Assembly: GCA_037445065.1 (NCBI GenBank)
Contig: JBBILD010000002.1
Coordinates: forward strand, 160,001 to 224,000
Source of the DNA: Myxococcales bacterium
GTDB lineage: Bacteria; Desulfobacterota; Binatia; HRBIN30
DNA: 64,000 bases
Direction of reading: 5' to 3'
Shown here: piece after piece, positions 10,042-20,470 of the stretch
How positions within the stretch are numbered: the first letter of the stretch is position 1
Layout of the letters: each line of letters begins with the position of its first letter
Translations under genes and position numbers: made by a program
The notes under the pieces: generated by a model
Databases searched by the model: none
What the model was told of the DNA's origin: nothing
Seen by the model: only the letters and a program-made list of their open reading frames with translations

Positions 10042-10476
10042 TTGACTACTGTTCTGGACAAGCAAATTTTGCAGGAGATTGTTCGGGTTGTTCAAGCCGA
10101 GGAGCGCGTCCCGACTGTGGTTCAGGTGAACGGTCAGCGCTACGTGCTGACATACCTCGAGGATCATGACCGTCGCATGCAAGATGCCCTCGCGAACCGC
10201 GACCCGAACCTCCTGAGCATGTTGTTTGGCCAACTTGCCAGTAAGGTGAAGTACCAACTGTTTGTGCCCCAGGTGGTCAAACCGAGCAAGGACGTGAGGA
10301 AGCCTGAGGCGGGGCCGAGAGAGGCCAAGCGGAAGAAAGCCGCCGCCAAAACTCCAGCCCGTGTGCGGGGCCAGCGTGCCGCAAAGGGATCACAGCGCGA
10401 CAAGGCGCGCGCGAAAAAGAAGGCCAAGGTTGCCAGCAAACGAGCAACTCGGCGCGCGGGTAAAAAAACGAGGTGA
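10042..10476 (+). CDS. Hypothetical protein with Lys/Ala/Arg-rich histone-like C-terminal tail
   Basis: TTG start after AAGGAAAG; globular N-terminal half, very basic low-complexity C-terminal half. Confidence 0.65.
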   Translation: MTTVLDKQILQEIVRVVQAEERVPTVVQVNGQRYVLTYLEDHDRRMQDALANRDPNLLSMLFGQLASKVKYQLFVPQVVKPSKDVRKPEAGPREAKRKKAAAKTPARVRGQRAAKGSQRDKARAKKKAKVASKRATRRAGKKTR

Positions 10477-10505
10477 CCTGAGTCTCGCCGCATCGAAACC
10501 CGGTT

Positions 10506-12068
10506 GTGAGAATCGGGGTAAGCATCGGCCCGCGGGGCAAGCGCGGAATTCAGGCTGTTGCCGTTGTCGGCGGACTCACCGCCGGTATCTGCGCTCTTTT
10601 CCTTTACGCGTATGGCGACTGTCTGGCTGCGTTCTTTCACTTCGATGATTTCTGGGTCCTCGGCAGGGTAGCGGCCATTGAAGAAGGACTGCCGGCAAGT
10701 TGGTACCGGATCTTCGAGCCGGTTCATGGCTTCCTCCTGTACCGGCCCTTGTCCACTGTGGCCTATTTTCTGGCTCTCAGGTTGACCTTTGGGAATGATC
10801 CCGCCGGGTACCACGCTGTGCAACTGGCGTTCCAGGTGGCGAATTCGCTCTTGGTCTTTGCGCTTGCTTGCGGGGTGTTTCGTGCGTATGCGCCCGCCCT
10901 AGCAGCTGCGCTGTGGTATGCGACTGCCCCAGCGCTAGGCATTGGAGCTTGTTGGAACTCTCTGTTCACTGCAACCGGGGCGTCCTGCGCTATCTTTGTG
11001 GGCGTTCTCGTTTGGATGCGTTGGCCAGGTCGGTGGGGACGGGCCGTGACCTTGGTTTGCTTCGTGTTTGCGTTGCTCGCATCTGAGCACGGCGTGACGT
11101 TTCCCCTTTGGTTGCTGGCGAGCTGGCGGCTTCTGGGAAGTAGGTGGTCCGAAGCAGGCAGTAGGCGGCTCCTGGCACTCGCGATAGCGGTGTCGGTGGC
11201 GTACTCCGCCGCAAAGTTGGCTTACCTGCGCTGGGGACTCGAATGGAGATTTCCAGACCCCGCAGAACGTGCCTTTGTCCTCCATGGGTATCAACCGGAT
11301 TGGCATCCCTCGATAGGCCTCACAGCGATCGGAACGTACTTGGGTTATGCCGGTGCACCATTGCTCTTTTTAACCGATCTATCTGCGCCGTGGCGTTTGG
11401 CCGTCGGGTCGCTCCTCCTGCTCGTGGCGGTGGGTAGCGTCGTCTGGGCGCTACGAACGGAGCCAGAAGCTATGCAAGTTCGAGCGGTTGCCTTTGGGCT
11501 GACTTGCTTTCTGGCCTCGATCTTACCTGTGGCGTTCCTTCCCAGGCACGTCGCTTCGTATTACGCGACCGCCGGTGCGGCAGGGGTCGCGATTGCAACG
11601 GCGGCGATTTTTTCTCTCTCGACGCCTTACCGGAAGATCGGGGCGACCCTGCTTTCGGTGGCTGTACTCGGTGCATTTTTGGGGAATCAGCCAAAGGTCC
11701 AGGCTTCTGAAGAGTTCGCGTTCTTTCGCAACTTTACTTGGGCGGCGGAACGGTGGCTGCACAGTGTGGCCGACATCGGGAGTTGGGGGCAGGTCCAGCG
11801 GGTTGTGGTTCCGGATAGTGTTTTAGCGCAACTTGTGTTCGAGCAAGGGCGAGCTCATCAAGTATTGCTTTGTTCTCCGCTCGAACTGGAAGTGGCCAAG
11901 AACCTGGAGGACATCCCAGAGCGCCCGGGCCAGGTGATCTTACGGCAGCCGTTTTTATATCCAAGAAACGAAGGTCGAAGGCGGGCATGGCTGCCGAATC
12001 GGTGTGCTGCCCCCTCGCTAGCGCCGTTACCTTCTCCGAGCGCGCGTCGCGGAGCCAACGGTGGCTAG
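10506..12068 (+). CDS. Polytopic membrane protein, GT-C/TMTC-like glycosyltransferase candidate
   Basis: TM1 followed by FHFDDF, then YRPL, GYHAVQL, ALLASE; roughly 10 hydrophobic segments. Confidence 0.6.
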   Translation: MRIGVSIGPRGKRGIQAVAVVGGLTAGICALFLYAYGDCLAAFFHFDDFWVLGRVAAIEEGLPASWYRIFEPVHGFLLYRPLSTVAYFLALRLTFGNDPAGYHAVQLAFQVANSLLVFALACGVFRAYAPALAAALWYATAPALGIGACWNSLFTATGASCAIFVGVLVWMRWPGRWGRAVTLVCFVFALLASEHGVTFPLWLLASWRLLGSRWSEAGSRRLLALAIAVSVAYSAAKLAYLRWGLEWRFPDPAERAFVLHGYQPDWHPSIGLTAIGTYLGYAGAPLLFLTDLSAPWRLAVGSLLLLVAVGSVVWALRTEPEAMQVRAVAFGLTCFLASILPVAFLPRHVASYYATAGAAGVAIATAAIFSLSTPYRKIGATLLSVAVLGAFLGNQPKVQASEEFAFFRNFTWAAERWLHSVADIGSWGQVQRVVVPDSVLAQLVFEQGRAHQVLLCSPLELEVAKNLEDIPERPGQVILRQPFLYPRNEGRRRAWLPNRCAAPSLAPLPSPSARRGANGG

Positions 12069-13844
12069 GTCGGGTAGTGTTAAGTGGAAAGTCGTGCCCA
12101 TCCCTGGCCTACTTTCCACCGCGATCTCTCCGTGCAGTAGCTCGACAAACCTTCGCACGATGTAGAGACCTAGACCTACGCCCCTCGTTACCACGTTCGG
12201 CCGTTGGACCTGGTAAAACATGTCGAAGATACGGCCTAAGTCCTGACTTGGGATCCCAATTCCGGTGTCCGACACTGTAAATTCAATCTTACCGTTGGTG
12301 CGCGCGCTGGCGTGTAGGCGTACCTCGCCCGTGGGGGTGAATTTCAATGCGTTACCGACCAGGTTCCGCAAGATGATGGCGACCTTGGCTGGGTCGGTCT
12401 CGATCGTGCTGTCTCCGTCCACCCCGACGACCAGCCGCGTTTCGGGGAGGCGCGGCAGGCGCTCCAGCTCGACCGACAATTCATCCACGAATCGCCGCAG
12501 TTCCAGCGGTGAGCGCTCGACAGGCAGCCCTTTGGACTCCAGGCGGTTGACGTCCAGGGTCGCTTGCACCAGGCGCAGCAGCTCGCGGGATTGTTCGGCG
12601 ATGCGCTCGACCGCCTCACGCGCGGGCTCGTTCAGGTGTCCGAATTCTTCCTCTTTGAGTAAATCCGCGTACCCGATAATGATATTAAGCGGAGTCCTGA
12701 GTTCGTGGGACATGGTCGCTACGAACTCTGACTTGAGCTGATTGGCGGACCGCAATTCGGCAACTAGTTGTGCATTCTCGATCGCCGCAGCGGCTTGTGT
12801 GGCGGCGCCACGCAGGATCCTCTGGTCCTTTGCCGGGAAGGCTGTGGGGCTTCGCCCCCGTCCGACGGCCAACAGACCAACGATCCTACCTCCCCGAACC
12901 ATGGGCGCTACCATCATCGAGCGTATGCGGAAGTAGGCCATGATGGCCTCCCACTGCGGGTCGGGAACCACACCGTTTGGGATTTCAACCAGACCCTCCT
13001 TGTCGCGAAGTGGCTGGAGGGGGAGGTAGTCCCGGAGGCGTACCTCGATGCCTCGAGCCTCTTGCAGCAGATCGGGGCGCAGAGCATCCCCGGTGGCAAC
13101 ACGGAAGCAGTCTTCCTCTCCGGTGGGAAGGAGAATCACGCACCATTCGGCGTCTGAGAGCAGTTGGCGTGTCGTTTTCGCGACGACGCCGAGGACCTGC
13201 TCCCAATTCGATGTGGAATCCAGAGCGTGAGAGAGGGAGAGGAGTCCGCGCGTCACCTCCGCTTCTTCGTCTTTCGCCTGGATTTCTCGATAAATCGCGA
13301 GGCGCTGCAGGTCCATTTGCTCGGCGATCCACACTGAGGCGACCGCTCCAGCAAACAGCAGAGCCGCAGCATAGGCGGGCGGTAGGGCAGGGGACTCGTG
13401 AACAAAAAGGAGCATGCCGAAGGAGAACAGGGCGGCAGCGCTGACTGCAGTCTGCTTCTTCCAGTTCCAGGGTAACAGCGCCGACTCGACTAACAGTAAT
13501 CCCACCAATACCGTGGCGATCACCAGGGGTTCTGCCCGCGTGGTTCTCCCGTATGCAACCAGGACGACGAAAAACGCAGAGACAGCCACTGCAACCAGGT
13601 TGCGCAGTTGGCCGCTGCGTAAGGCGGCACGGCGAAGGGCGAGCAGTACTGTGCTGAGGACAGTGCCAACGCCCAGAACAGACAGTGCAGGGATCAACCT
13701 TCCTGGACTGATTAGAGAGTCGACCAGTACGAAGACGCCGCCACCGATTGCAAAGGTGGCGAGAAACAAGCCAAGCCGTTGTGCCAGCAAGAGTTCCAGT
13801 TCCCGCTGGTAACCATGTGGGCCGAGTTGGTTGGCTTCCTGCAT
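12027..13844 (-). CDS. Membrane GAF-domain sensor histidine kinase
   Basis: About 6 TM helices, GAF domain, H-box ATMSHELRTPL, N-box NLVGNALKFT, DTGIGI, GVGLGL; start estimated. Confidence 0.93.
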   Translation of the reverse strand: MQEANQLGPHGYQRELELLLAQRLGLFLATFAIGGGVFVLVDSLISPGRLIPALSVLGVGTVLSTVLLALRRAALRSGQLRNLVAVAVSAFFVVLVAYGRTTRAEPLVIATVLVGLLLVESALLPWNWKKQTAVSAAALFSFGMLLFVHESPALPPAYAAALLFAGAVASVWIAEQMDLQRLAIYREIQAKDEEAEVTRGLLSLSHALDSTSNWEQVLGVVAKTTRQLLSDAEWCVILLPTGEEDCFRVATGDALRPDLLQEARGIEVRLRDYLPLQPLRDKEGLVEIPNGVVPDPQWEAIMAYFRIRSMMVAPMVRGGRIVGLLAVGRGRSPTAFPAKDQRILRGAATQAAAAIENAQLVAELRSANQLKSEFVATMSHELRTPLNIIIGYADLLKEEEFGHLNEPAREAVERIAEQSRELLRLVQATLDVNRLESKGLPVERSPLELRRFVDELSVELERLPRLPETRLVVGVDGDSTIETDPAKVAIILRNLVGNALKFTPTGEVRLHASARTNGKIEFTVSDTGIGIPSQDLGRIFDMFYQVQRPNVVTRGVGLGLYIVRRFVELLHGEIAVESRPGMGTTFHLTLPDLATVGSATRARRR

Positions 13845-13964
13845 CGCTTCTGATGCTAGCACCAAGGGTACACTGAAGCGCCCAGAAACTTGCCCCACGG
13901 TCGTTTATGTGTGGAAAGCGCAACCTTTGCGAAGCAATGGCGTTTGCAACAGCGAGGTGAAGAA

Positions 13965-14558
13965 TTGGAGCCTCAAGACGATCCGGATGTGGAACTCATG
14001 ATGCGAGTCAAAGGTGGAGACCGCGCGGCATTTTCGACCTTATTCGAGCGGTATTTTCCTCCCGTCGTACGCTTCATCACCTTCATGCTCCGTGATCGGT
14101 CACGGGCGGAGGAACTTGCCCAAGATGTCTTCCTCAGCCTCTACCGGTCGCGGCACCGTTACGAGCCTCGCACGCGATTCCGAAGCTTTCTGTTCCGGCT
14201 CGCCATGAATATTACAATCACGGAGCACCGCAGCCGAAAGCGAGAATGGCGGGCGAGAGGGAATCAGCGGTCTTGGCGGGCGGGCAGCACAAGCCAGCCG
14301 GTTTTGATCGAGGACGCGGTTCGACAGAGCCGGTCGGAAGAGACCGTGCTTTTAGAAAAGGAAGAAATCATCCGCCTTTATCAAGCCTTGGGCGAGCTTC
14401 CGGAGCGGCAGCGTGCGGCCATCCTGCTCGCGCGGGCGGAAGGAATGTCTTACGAGCAAGTTGCTGAGGCTCTTGGGGTTACCGTGTCCGCCGTAAAAAG
14501 CCTTGTTCATCGAGCCACTGTGTACATCCGCAACCGTTGCCGGGAGGGAGAGCCATGA
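13965..14558 (+). CDS. ECF RNA polymerase sigma factor
   Basis: GDRAAFSTLFERY, AEELAQDVF, LPERQRAAILL, MSYEQVAEALG-VKSLVHRA; start estimated. Confidence 0.92.
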   Translation: MEPQDDPDVELMMRVKGGDRAAFSTLFERYFPPVVRFITFMLRDRSRAEELAQDVFLSLYRSRHRYEPRTRFRSFLFRLAMNITITEHRSRKREWRARGNQRSWRAGSTSQPVLIEDAVRQSRSEETVLLEKEEIIRLYQALGELPERQRAAILLARAEGMSYEQVAEALGVTVSAVKSLVHRATVYIRNRCREGEP

Positions 14559-15094
14559 GAGTGTTTTGCCGTTGGGTCGAGCGGGAAGTGACCGCCTTCC
14601 TGGACCAGGAGCTGCCAAGCTGGCGGTGGCGGTTGGTCTCTCACCATCTGGAGAGGTGTGAGCACTGTCGTTTCGTTGCCGCAGAGACCGCGCGAGTGAT
14701 TGAGGCCCAGCGCATTGCCTTCTGCGACGCGGCGGAAGAGTTCTCGGTGCCGGTCTCGACGAACTTAGACTCCCTGTGGAAGAAACTGGAAGACGAAGTG
14801 TTTGCGGATCCACTGCCTCTCGGGTTGCGACTCGGCTGGCCGATCAAGCGGATTGGCTACGCTATTGGAGTAGCCTTGTTCTTAGTGGCCGCGGGGTACG
14901 CTGGCCGGGATTTCGATGTCGTGGAAAGAGCCTTGATGGCCATCGGCGTCGTGGACCCACCGCCGGAGGTCGTGCAGAGTGCTGAATTTTTTTGCAACTA
15001 CCCAGTGATCGAAGAGTTGGACGTATTGGAACACTGGGATCGCCTCTCCCAAGGGCTTCCCGTGTCTGCGACCCCCGAAAATGGGCATAGTTAG
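14555..15094 (+). CDS. Zinc-binding (zf-HC2) transmembrane anti-sigma factor
   Basis: HLERCEHC (HxxxCxxC), one TM helix; ATGA overlap with the sigma stop. Confidence 0.85.
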   Translation: MRVFCRWVEREVTAFLDQELPSWRWRLVSHHLERCEHCRFVAAETARVIEAQRIAFCDAAEEFSVPVSTNLDSLWKKLEDEVFADPLPLGLRLGWPIKRIGYAIGVALFLVAAGYAGRDFDVVERALMAIGVVDPPPEVVQSAEFFCNYPVIEELDVLEHWDRLSQGLPVSATPENGHS

Positions 15095-15401
15095 ATCCAT
15101 TATCGCCACGGGGGTGGTTTTCACTGTCAGTGCTGGGGGCCTGGCGCGGCTCTGCCCGGCGCAGTCTTGGCGGGAGCTTTCGCCGCGCGAGCGTTACGAA
15201 GTGCTGCGCCGCTACGAGCGGTACAAGCAAGAGCCCGAGCAGCGGCGAGAAAGACTCGAGGAGAATTACCAGCGCTGGCAGCAACTGCCCCCGGAAGAGA
15301 AAGAAAAGCTCCGCCGCCGCTTGGAAAGTTGGCAAGAGCTCCCGCCGGACAAACGGGAGGAACTCAGGCGGAGGTTTCAGGATCGACAGGGGCAACCCTG
15401 A
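15081..15401 (+). CDS. DUF3106-like exported protein
   Basis: Signal peptide; repeats WRELSPRER, WQQLPPEEK, WQELPPDKR. Confidence 0.8.
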   Translation: MGIVRSIIATGVVFTVSAGGLARLCPAQSWRELSPRERYEVLRRYERYKQEPEQRRERLEENYQRWQQLPPEEKEKLRRRLESWQELPPDKREELRRRFQDRQGQP

Positions 15402-15418
15402 CCATCCCGACAAGAGGG

Positions 15419-15637
15419 CTAACTACTCCGGTAGACGATCAGTCCGTGCGACGGATCGTACGGCGAAACCGCCACTGTCACCCGATCCCCAGGAATGACC
15501 CGAATATGGTTGCGGCGCATGCGGCCGCTGATTTTAGCGTGGAAAATCTGACCGCGATCCGATTCCACTTTGAACTGGCCTCCGGCCAGTACTTCCTTCA
15601 CAGTCCCTTCGACGTGAATCAGGTCTTCGCGAGCCAC
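15419..15637 (-). CDS. infA: Translation initiation factor IF-1
   Basis: 72 aa; ISGRMRRNHIRVIPGDRVTVAVSPYD; GGAGGAGG RBS. Confidence 0.95.
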   Translation of the reverse strand: MAREDLIHVEGTVKEVLAGGQFKVESDRGQIFHAKISGRMRRNHIRVIPGDRVTVAVSPYDPSHGLIVYRSS

Positions 15638-15737
15638 AAATGCAAACCTCCTCCTTGGTGAGAGAAATTCGAAGTCCAGAATAGCAACTGTCCTTCACCC
15701 ATCCAAGCAAAGCTACTCGCTGCGACGGGTTGCCGTT

Positions 15738-16721
15738 TCACGCCGCTGAGCGGCGCAGCCAGCGTGCTGCAGCCGCGGCGAAATAGGTCAGGATGAAGTC
15801 GGCACCGGCGCGCCGGATTGCCGTCAGCGTTTCGAGTACCACCGACCGTTCGTCAATCCAGCCATTCGCGGCGGCAGCTTTGATCATGGCGTACTCCCCA
15901 CTCACTTGGTAGGCAGCGAGCGGGCAACCAAAGGTGTCTTTCGCGCGGCGCACAACGTCGAGGCATGGAAGTGCTGGTTTGACCATGACGATGTCCGCCC
16001 CCTCCTCGAGGTCGAGTTCGATCTCCCGCAGCGCCTCGTCGGAGTTTGCCGGATCCATCTGGTAGCCACGGCGGTCGCCGAACTGGGGTGCGGACTCGGC
16101 GGCTTCTCGGAACGGGCCGTAAAACGCCGAGGCGTACTTGGCAGCGTACGATAGGATCGGGACCATTTCGAACCCTTCGGAGTCGAGCACCTCGCGAATC
16201 ACCGCCACACGGCCGTCCATCATGTCCGACGGCGCCACAATATCTGCGCCAGCGCGGGCGTGGGAAAGCGCCTCTTTGGCGAGCAGCTCAATAGTGGCAT
16301 CGTTGTCCACCTCGTTCCCGGTCAGCACGCCGCAGTGGCCATGATCCGTGTACTCGCACAGGCATACGTCGGTAATGACGAGCAGCTCCGGCGATGCCTG
16401 TTTGATCGCGGCCACGGCTCGCTGCACCACTCCGTCCGCGCGAAACGCTGCCGAGCCAGTAGCGTCTTTGTGTTCCGGAACCCCAAACAAAATCACTGCC
16501 GGAATCCCGAGATCGGCGATGCGGCGGCATTCGTCGCCTAGCAAATCCACCGAATAGCGGTGCACACCAGGCATGCTGCGTACGGGTTGTGAAATCCGGG
16601 TTCCTGGCACCACGAAGAGGGGCAGGACAAGGTCGTCCACGCTGAGTGTGGTTTGCCGGACCAGCCGGCGGATTGTTTCTGACCGCCGCAGGCGGCGCAT
16701 CCGAGTTTCAGGGAACGGCAT
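15738..16721 (-). CDS. hemB: Porphobilinogen synthase
   Basis: [41 protein letters not shown]. Confidence 0.97.
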   Translation of the reverse strand: MPFPETRMRRLRRSETIRRLVRQTTLSVDDLVLPLFVVPGTRISQPVRSMPGVHRYSVDLLGDECRRIADLGIPAVILFGVPEHKDATGSAAFRADGVVQRAVAAIKQASPELLVITDVCLCEYTDHGHCGVLTGNEVDNDATIELLAKEALSHARAGADIVAPSDMMDGRVAVIREVLDSEGFEMVPILSYAAKYASAFYGPFREAAESAPQFGDRRGYQMDPANSDEALREIELDLEEGADIVMVKPALPCLDVVRRAKDTFGCPLAAYQVSGEYAMIKAAAANGWIDERSVVLETLTAIRRAGADFILTYFAAAAARWLRRSAA

Positions 16722-16723
16722 CG

Positions 16724-18253
16724 CTAGGCTCCCCCGCATTGGCGGAAAAACTCGACGATGGCATCGGCGAGAGCGTCTACAACATAGCGACTCGGTTGCA
16801 CAACCACGTTGAACTTCAACGTTCGAGCGGTCTCGGCGGTAATCGGTCCGATCGCCGCGGCCGCGAGTCCTTCGTGAGCCACCCCATGGCTCGCGAGCAG
16901 GCTCGCAAAGTTCTGAACCGTACTGGAACTCGTAAACACCACCAGGTCTACCTCTCCCCGGCGGACGGATTCGAGCACAATTGCGAGCTGAGGAATCCTG
17001 CGGGGCAGAACGCTCCGGTACACGCAGACCTCTTCGACGGTTGCGCCGTGGCGCGAGAGCTCCTCGGGGAGCACGGCCCTCGCGTTTGCAGCGCGGGGCA
17101 GTAGAATCCTTTGCCCTTTCACTCCTCGCGCAATCAGTGCCTCAACAAGGCCCTCTGCACGGTAATCGCTCGGAACGAGGTCCACCCGAAGGAAACAACG
17201 CCGCAGCTCCGCAGCCGTTTCGGCTCCAATGGCCGCAATCTTTACCCGGTGCCAAGCCCGCAAATCCAACCCCAAATCGCGTATCCGCTGCAGGAAGGCA
17301 CGGACCCCGTTGCTACTGGTAAACACGACCCAGTCGTAGTTCCGGGGGTGCTGCAAGGCCGTGTCCAAGGCTGCGTACGACTCGGGTGGGACGATCTCGA
17401 TCGTCGGGCATGGCAGCACCTGTGCCCCATCGACCTGGAGTCGTTCAACCAGACCGGAGGCGGTGTGCCGTGGACGTGTAACCACGATTTTCTTGCCGAA
17501 CAGCGGTTTGCACTCGAACCACCGGAGGTGAGGGTGCAGTGCCGCCACCTCGCCAACAACTGCCAGTGCGGGCGGACGAATGGCAGAGCGCTCTGCGCGG
17601 TCGGCCACGTCGGCGAGCGTTCCCAAAACCACGCGTTGCGCGGCCAGCGTCCCGGATTGGATCACAGCTACAGGCGTCTGGGGGTCGCGACCGGCACGTA
17701 AGAGTTTTTCCATGTTCCGGCGAAGCTGGCGCTGGGTCATCAAAATGACCACCGTGTGCCCGCGATCGACGAGTCGCTCCCAGTGTACGGCGGCGTTCTC
17801 CTTTTCTTCGTACTCGTAGCCGGTAACGAACGAAACCGCAGATGCCCACTCGCGGTGTGTCAGCGGGATCCCAGCATATGCGGGTACGGCAATGGCGGCC
17901 GTAACGCCGGGTACAACTTCCACTTCGATCCCTGCGTCAATGGCTGCCTGCATTTCCTCTCCTCCCCGGCCGAAGAGGAAAGGATCCCCGCCTTTCAAGC
18001 GAACCACAATTTTGCCCAGGCGAGCCTTGTCGACGAGGAGGCGGTTGATATCGTCCTGTTCAACTCTTGGACCACCTCCGTGTTTCCCGGCTAGATACAA
18101 CTCAGCGTGCGCCGGCGCATATTCGAGCAGCACCGGATTCGCTAGATAGTCGTAAACGACGACGTCTGCCCTTTCGAGCCACCAGCGGCCGCGAATGGTG
18201 ATCAGACCGGGGTCTCCGGGACCTGCGCCGACAAGAACGATCTTGCCCGCCAT
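16724..18253 (-). CDS. cobA: Uroporphyrinogen-III C-methyltransferase / uroporphyrinogen-III synthase fusion (CobA/HemD)
   Basis: [28 protein letters not shown], then [25 protein letters not shown]. Confidence 0.95.
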   Translation of the reverse strand: MAGKIVLVGAGPGDPGLITIRGRWWLERADVVVYDYLANPVLLEYAPAHAELYLAGKHGGGPRVEQDDINRLLVDKARLGKIVVRLKGGDPFLFGRGGEEMQAAIDAGIEVEVVPGVTAAIAVPAYAGIPLTHREWASAVSFVTGYEYEEKENAAVHWERLVDRGHTVVILMTQRQLRRNMEKLLRAGRDPQTPVAVIQSGTLAAQRVVLGTLADVADRAERSAIRPPALAVVGEVAALHPHLRWFECKPLFGKKIVVTRPRHTASGLVERLQVDGAQVLPCPTIEIVPPESYAALDTALQHPRNYDWVVFTSSNGVRAFLQRIRDLGLDLRAWHRVKIAAIGAETAAELRRCFLRVDLVPSDYRAEGLVEALIARGVKGQRILLPRAANARAVLPEELSRHGATVEEVCVYRSVLPRRIPQLAIVLESVRRGEVDLVVFTSSSTVQNFASLLASHGVAHEGLAAAAIGPITAETARTLKFNVVVQPSRYVVDALADAIVEFFRQCGGA

Positions 18254-18255
18254 GT

Positions 18256-19182
18256 TCAGTCCTGCTCCAGCGCGGCAGCTTCGAGGAGTTCCTGGCCGCC
18301 GTTTGCTAACAGTTCCTCTGCCAACTCTTTGCCCAACCTTTCAGCCTGGTCTCGGGGACCGCGGCGGAGACCTCGGACGACTTGCTTGCCGTTTGGGTGG
18401 GCAATGAGGCCGTGAAGAGCCAGGATGCCGCCGGTGATTTCCCCGCGTGCCCCCAACGGGGTGTGACAAGATCCGCTGATCGTTTCCAGGAAGGCGCGTT
18501 CGGCGCGAACCGCATCGGCGCTGTCTCGATGCTCGAGGCACCTCAACGCGTCGAACCAATGATCTCTTCGGGTCTCGATTGCGAGGGCTCCTTGCCCAAC
18601 CGCGGAGAGAAACAGCCGGGAGTCCAGCACCTCAGCCTTTGAAAAGCTTTGACGCAGTCGCGTGAGCCCTGCGGCAGCCAAAACGATCGCATCGACGCCG
18701 CCTGCGGCCAATCTGCGCAAGCGCGTATCGACGTTGCCGCGTAGCGGCACCACCTTTAGATCCGGACGAAGCCACTTGAGCAAAGCTCTGCGCCGCGGAC
18801 TACTCGTGCCAACGCTTGCCCCTCGTGGCAGGTCGGCGAGCGTTACTCCGTCGCGCGTCAGCAGTACGTCCGCGGGTTCTTCCCGCTCGGGTACAGCCGC
18901 GAGCACAAGCCCAGGCGTCAGTTGCGCGGGTAGGTCTTTGAGGGAGTGCACAGCGCAGTCGACCTTGCCTCGCGCGAGAGCTTCTTCAAGTTCTTTAACG
19001 AAGAGGCCTTTGCCCCCGACGGACGCAAGCGGGCGATCGGTGAAGCGATCGCCACTGGTTCTGATCGGAACCAACTCGGTGGTTAGCTCAGGGTATGTTG
19101 CTTCGATCCGCGCGGCCACCCAACGGGCTTGGGTGATGGCGAGCGCACTACCTCGTGTCCCAATTCGGATCGTACCTCTCAC
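18256..19182 (-). CDS. hemC: Hydroxymethylbilane synthase
   Basis: IGTRGSALA, GKGLFVKE, VHSLKD, GTSSPRR, LRGNVDTRL, SCHTP. Confidence 0.97.
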   Translation of the reverse strand: MRGTIRIGTRGSALAITQARWVAARIEATYPELTTELVPIRTSGDRFTDRPLASVGGKGLFVKELEEALARGKVDCAVHSLKDLPAQLTPGLVLAAVPEREEPADVLLTRDGVTLADLPRGASVGTSSPRRRALLKWLRPDLKVVPLRGNVDTRLRRLAAGGVDAIVLAAAGLTRLRQSFSKAEVLDSRLFLSAVGQGALAIETRRDHWFDALRCLEHRDSADAVRAERAFLETISGSCHTPLGARGEITGGILALHGLIAHPNGKQVVRGLRRGPRDQAERLGKELAEELLANGGQELLEAAALEQD

Positions 19183-20465
19183 TCTCCCTCTTCCTCTTCA
19201 GGATCCATGCCGAACAAACGCCGAGCGGCGGCAACGTAGAGAGCGTGGTGCCGAGCCGAGTCTTTTTTAAGGTGCGTAATCGGTTCGTGGAGAATCTTAT
19301 TCACCAGCCGCCGCGTCATGCCCTCCAGCGCTTGTCGCAGTTCGGGGTTCGTGCTCGGGAGCGAGCTGATGAGCTTGTCTACTTCGCTGCGCCGAATCGC
19401 CTCCACACGCTCGCGCAATGCGACAATCGTGGGTACGGTTTGCAACGAACGCAGCCAGCGGACAAAGGCGGCGACCTCCGCTTCCACGATGGTTTCAGCC
19501 TTCACTGCCTCCCGTTGTCGCGCCTCGCGATTCTCCTGGGCGACCGCAGCGAGGTCGTCAATGTCGAACAGGTAGACGCTGTCAACGTTGCGAATTTCGG
19601 GGTCGAAATTCCGCGGCACTCCCAGGTCAATCAAAAACATCGGGCGAAACTTGCGATTCCGCAGTGCCTCGCGCACGGCAGGCGCTCCGAGGACGAAATC
19701 CTCGGCGGCAGCAGAGCCGATCACCACGTCTGCTACGTGCAGAAAGCGAGTTAGCTCTTCGAATGGGAGCGCTGTACCACGGAATTCTCTTGCGACCTCC
19801 AGGGCACGATGAAAAGAACGGTTGGTGACCATGAGACTCCGCACGCCGTGAGCCAACAAGTGCCGCGCTGCCAACTGGCCCATTGTCCCGGCACCAATCA
19901 GGAGAGCTGCCTTGTCTTCCAGGGTTTCGAACACTTTCGACGCGAGTTCAACGGCCGCAGAACTCACGGACACCGATTTGCTTCCGATCCCAGTCTCGCT
20001 ACGAATCCGCTTGGCCACGGCAAAGGCCTTGTGCAGGCAGCGGTGCAATACGACGCCGACCGTGCCCGCCTGCACCGCGTCCCGGTAGGCTTGTTTGATC
20101 TGCCCCAGGATCTGCGGCTCACCCACGATGAGGGAATCCAGCGCTGCGGCCACGCGAAACACGTGGCGAATAGCTTCTCGGCCTCGGAACACGACCAAGT
20201 GCTGCGTTACCGCTGGGGCATCCTGCGGCCACTGCTCCGCGAAAAAGGCGAAAAGGTGTTCGATCGAGCGGTCCGCATCCCGCACCAGGCTGAGCACCTC
20301 CACCCGGTTGCATGTGGAGAGCACCATCACCTCATCCACTCCTGGCTGGCGGGCGAGCCGGGTGAGCACGGAACCGACATCCGGTGAGGCGACTGCCAGC
20401 CGCTCTCGGAGTTCGACCGGAGCGGAACGATGGTTGACTCCGACAACCACGAGTTCGGCTTCCAT
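19179..20465 (-). CDS. hemA: Glutamyl-tRNA reductase
   Basis: GVNHRSAPVELRE, LSTCNRVE, GEPQILGQ, IGAGTMG, DLGVPRN; start MEAEL. Confidence 0.97.
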   Translation of the reverse strand: MEAELVVVGVNHRSAPVELRERLAVASPDVGSVLTRLARQPGVDEVMVLSTCNRVEVLSLVRDADRSIEHLFAFFAEQWPQDAPAVTQHLVVFRGREAIRHVFRVAAALDSLIVGEPQILGQIKQAYRDAVQAGTVGVVLHRCLHKAFAVAKRIRSETGIGSKSVSVSSAAVELASKVFETLEDKAALLIGAGTMGQLAARHLLAHGVRSLMVTNRSFHRALEVAREFRGTALPFEELTRFLHVADVVIGSAAAEDFVLGAPAVREALRNRKFRPMFLIDLGVPRNFDPEIRNVDSVYLFDIDDLAAVAQENREARQREAVKAETIVEAEVAAFVRWLRSLQTVPTIVALRERVEAIRRSEVDKLISSLPSTNPELRQALEGMTRRLVNKILHEPITHLKKDSARHHALYVAAARRLFGMDPEEEEGE

Positions 20466-20470
20466 AGATG

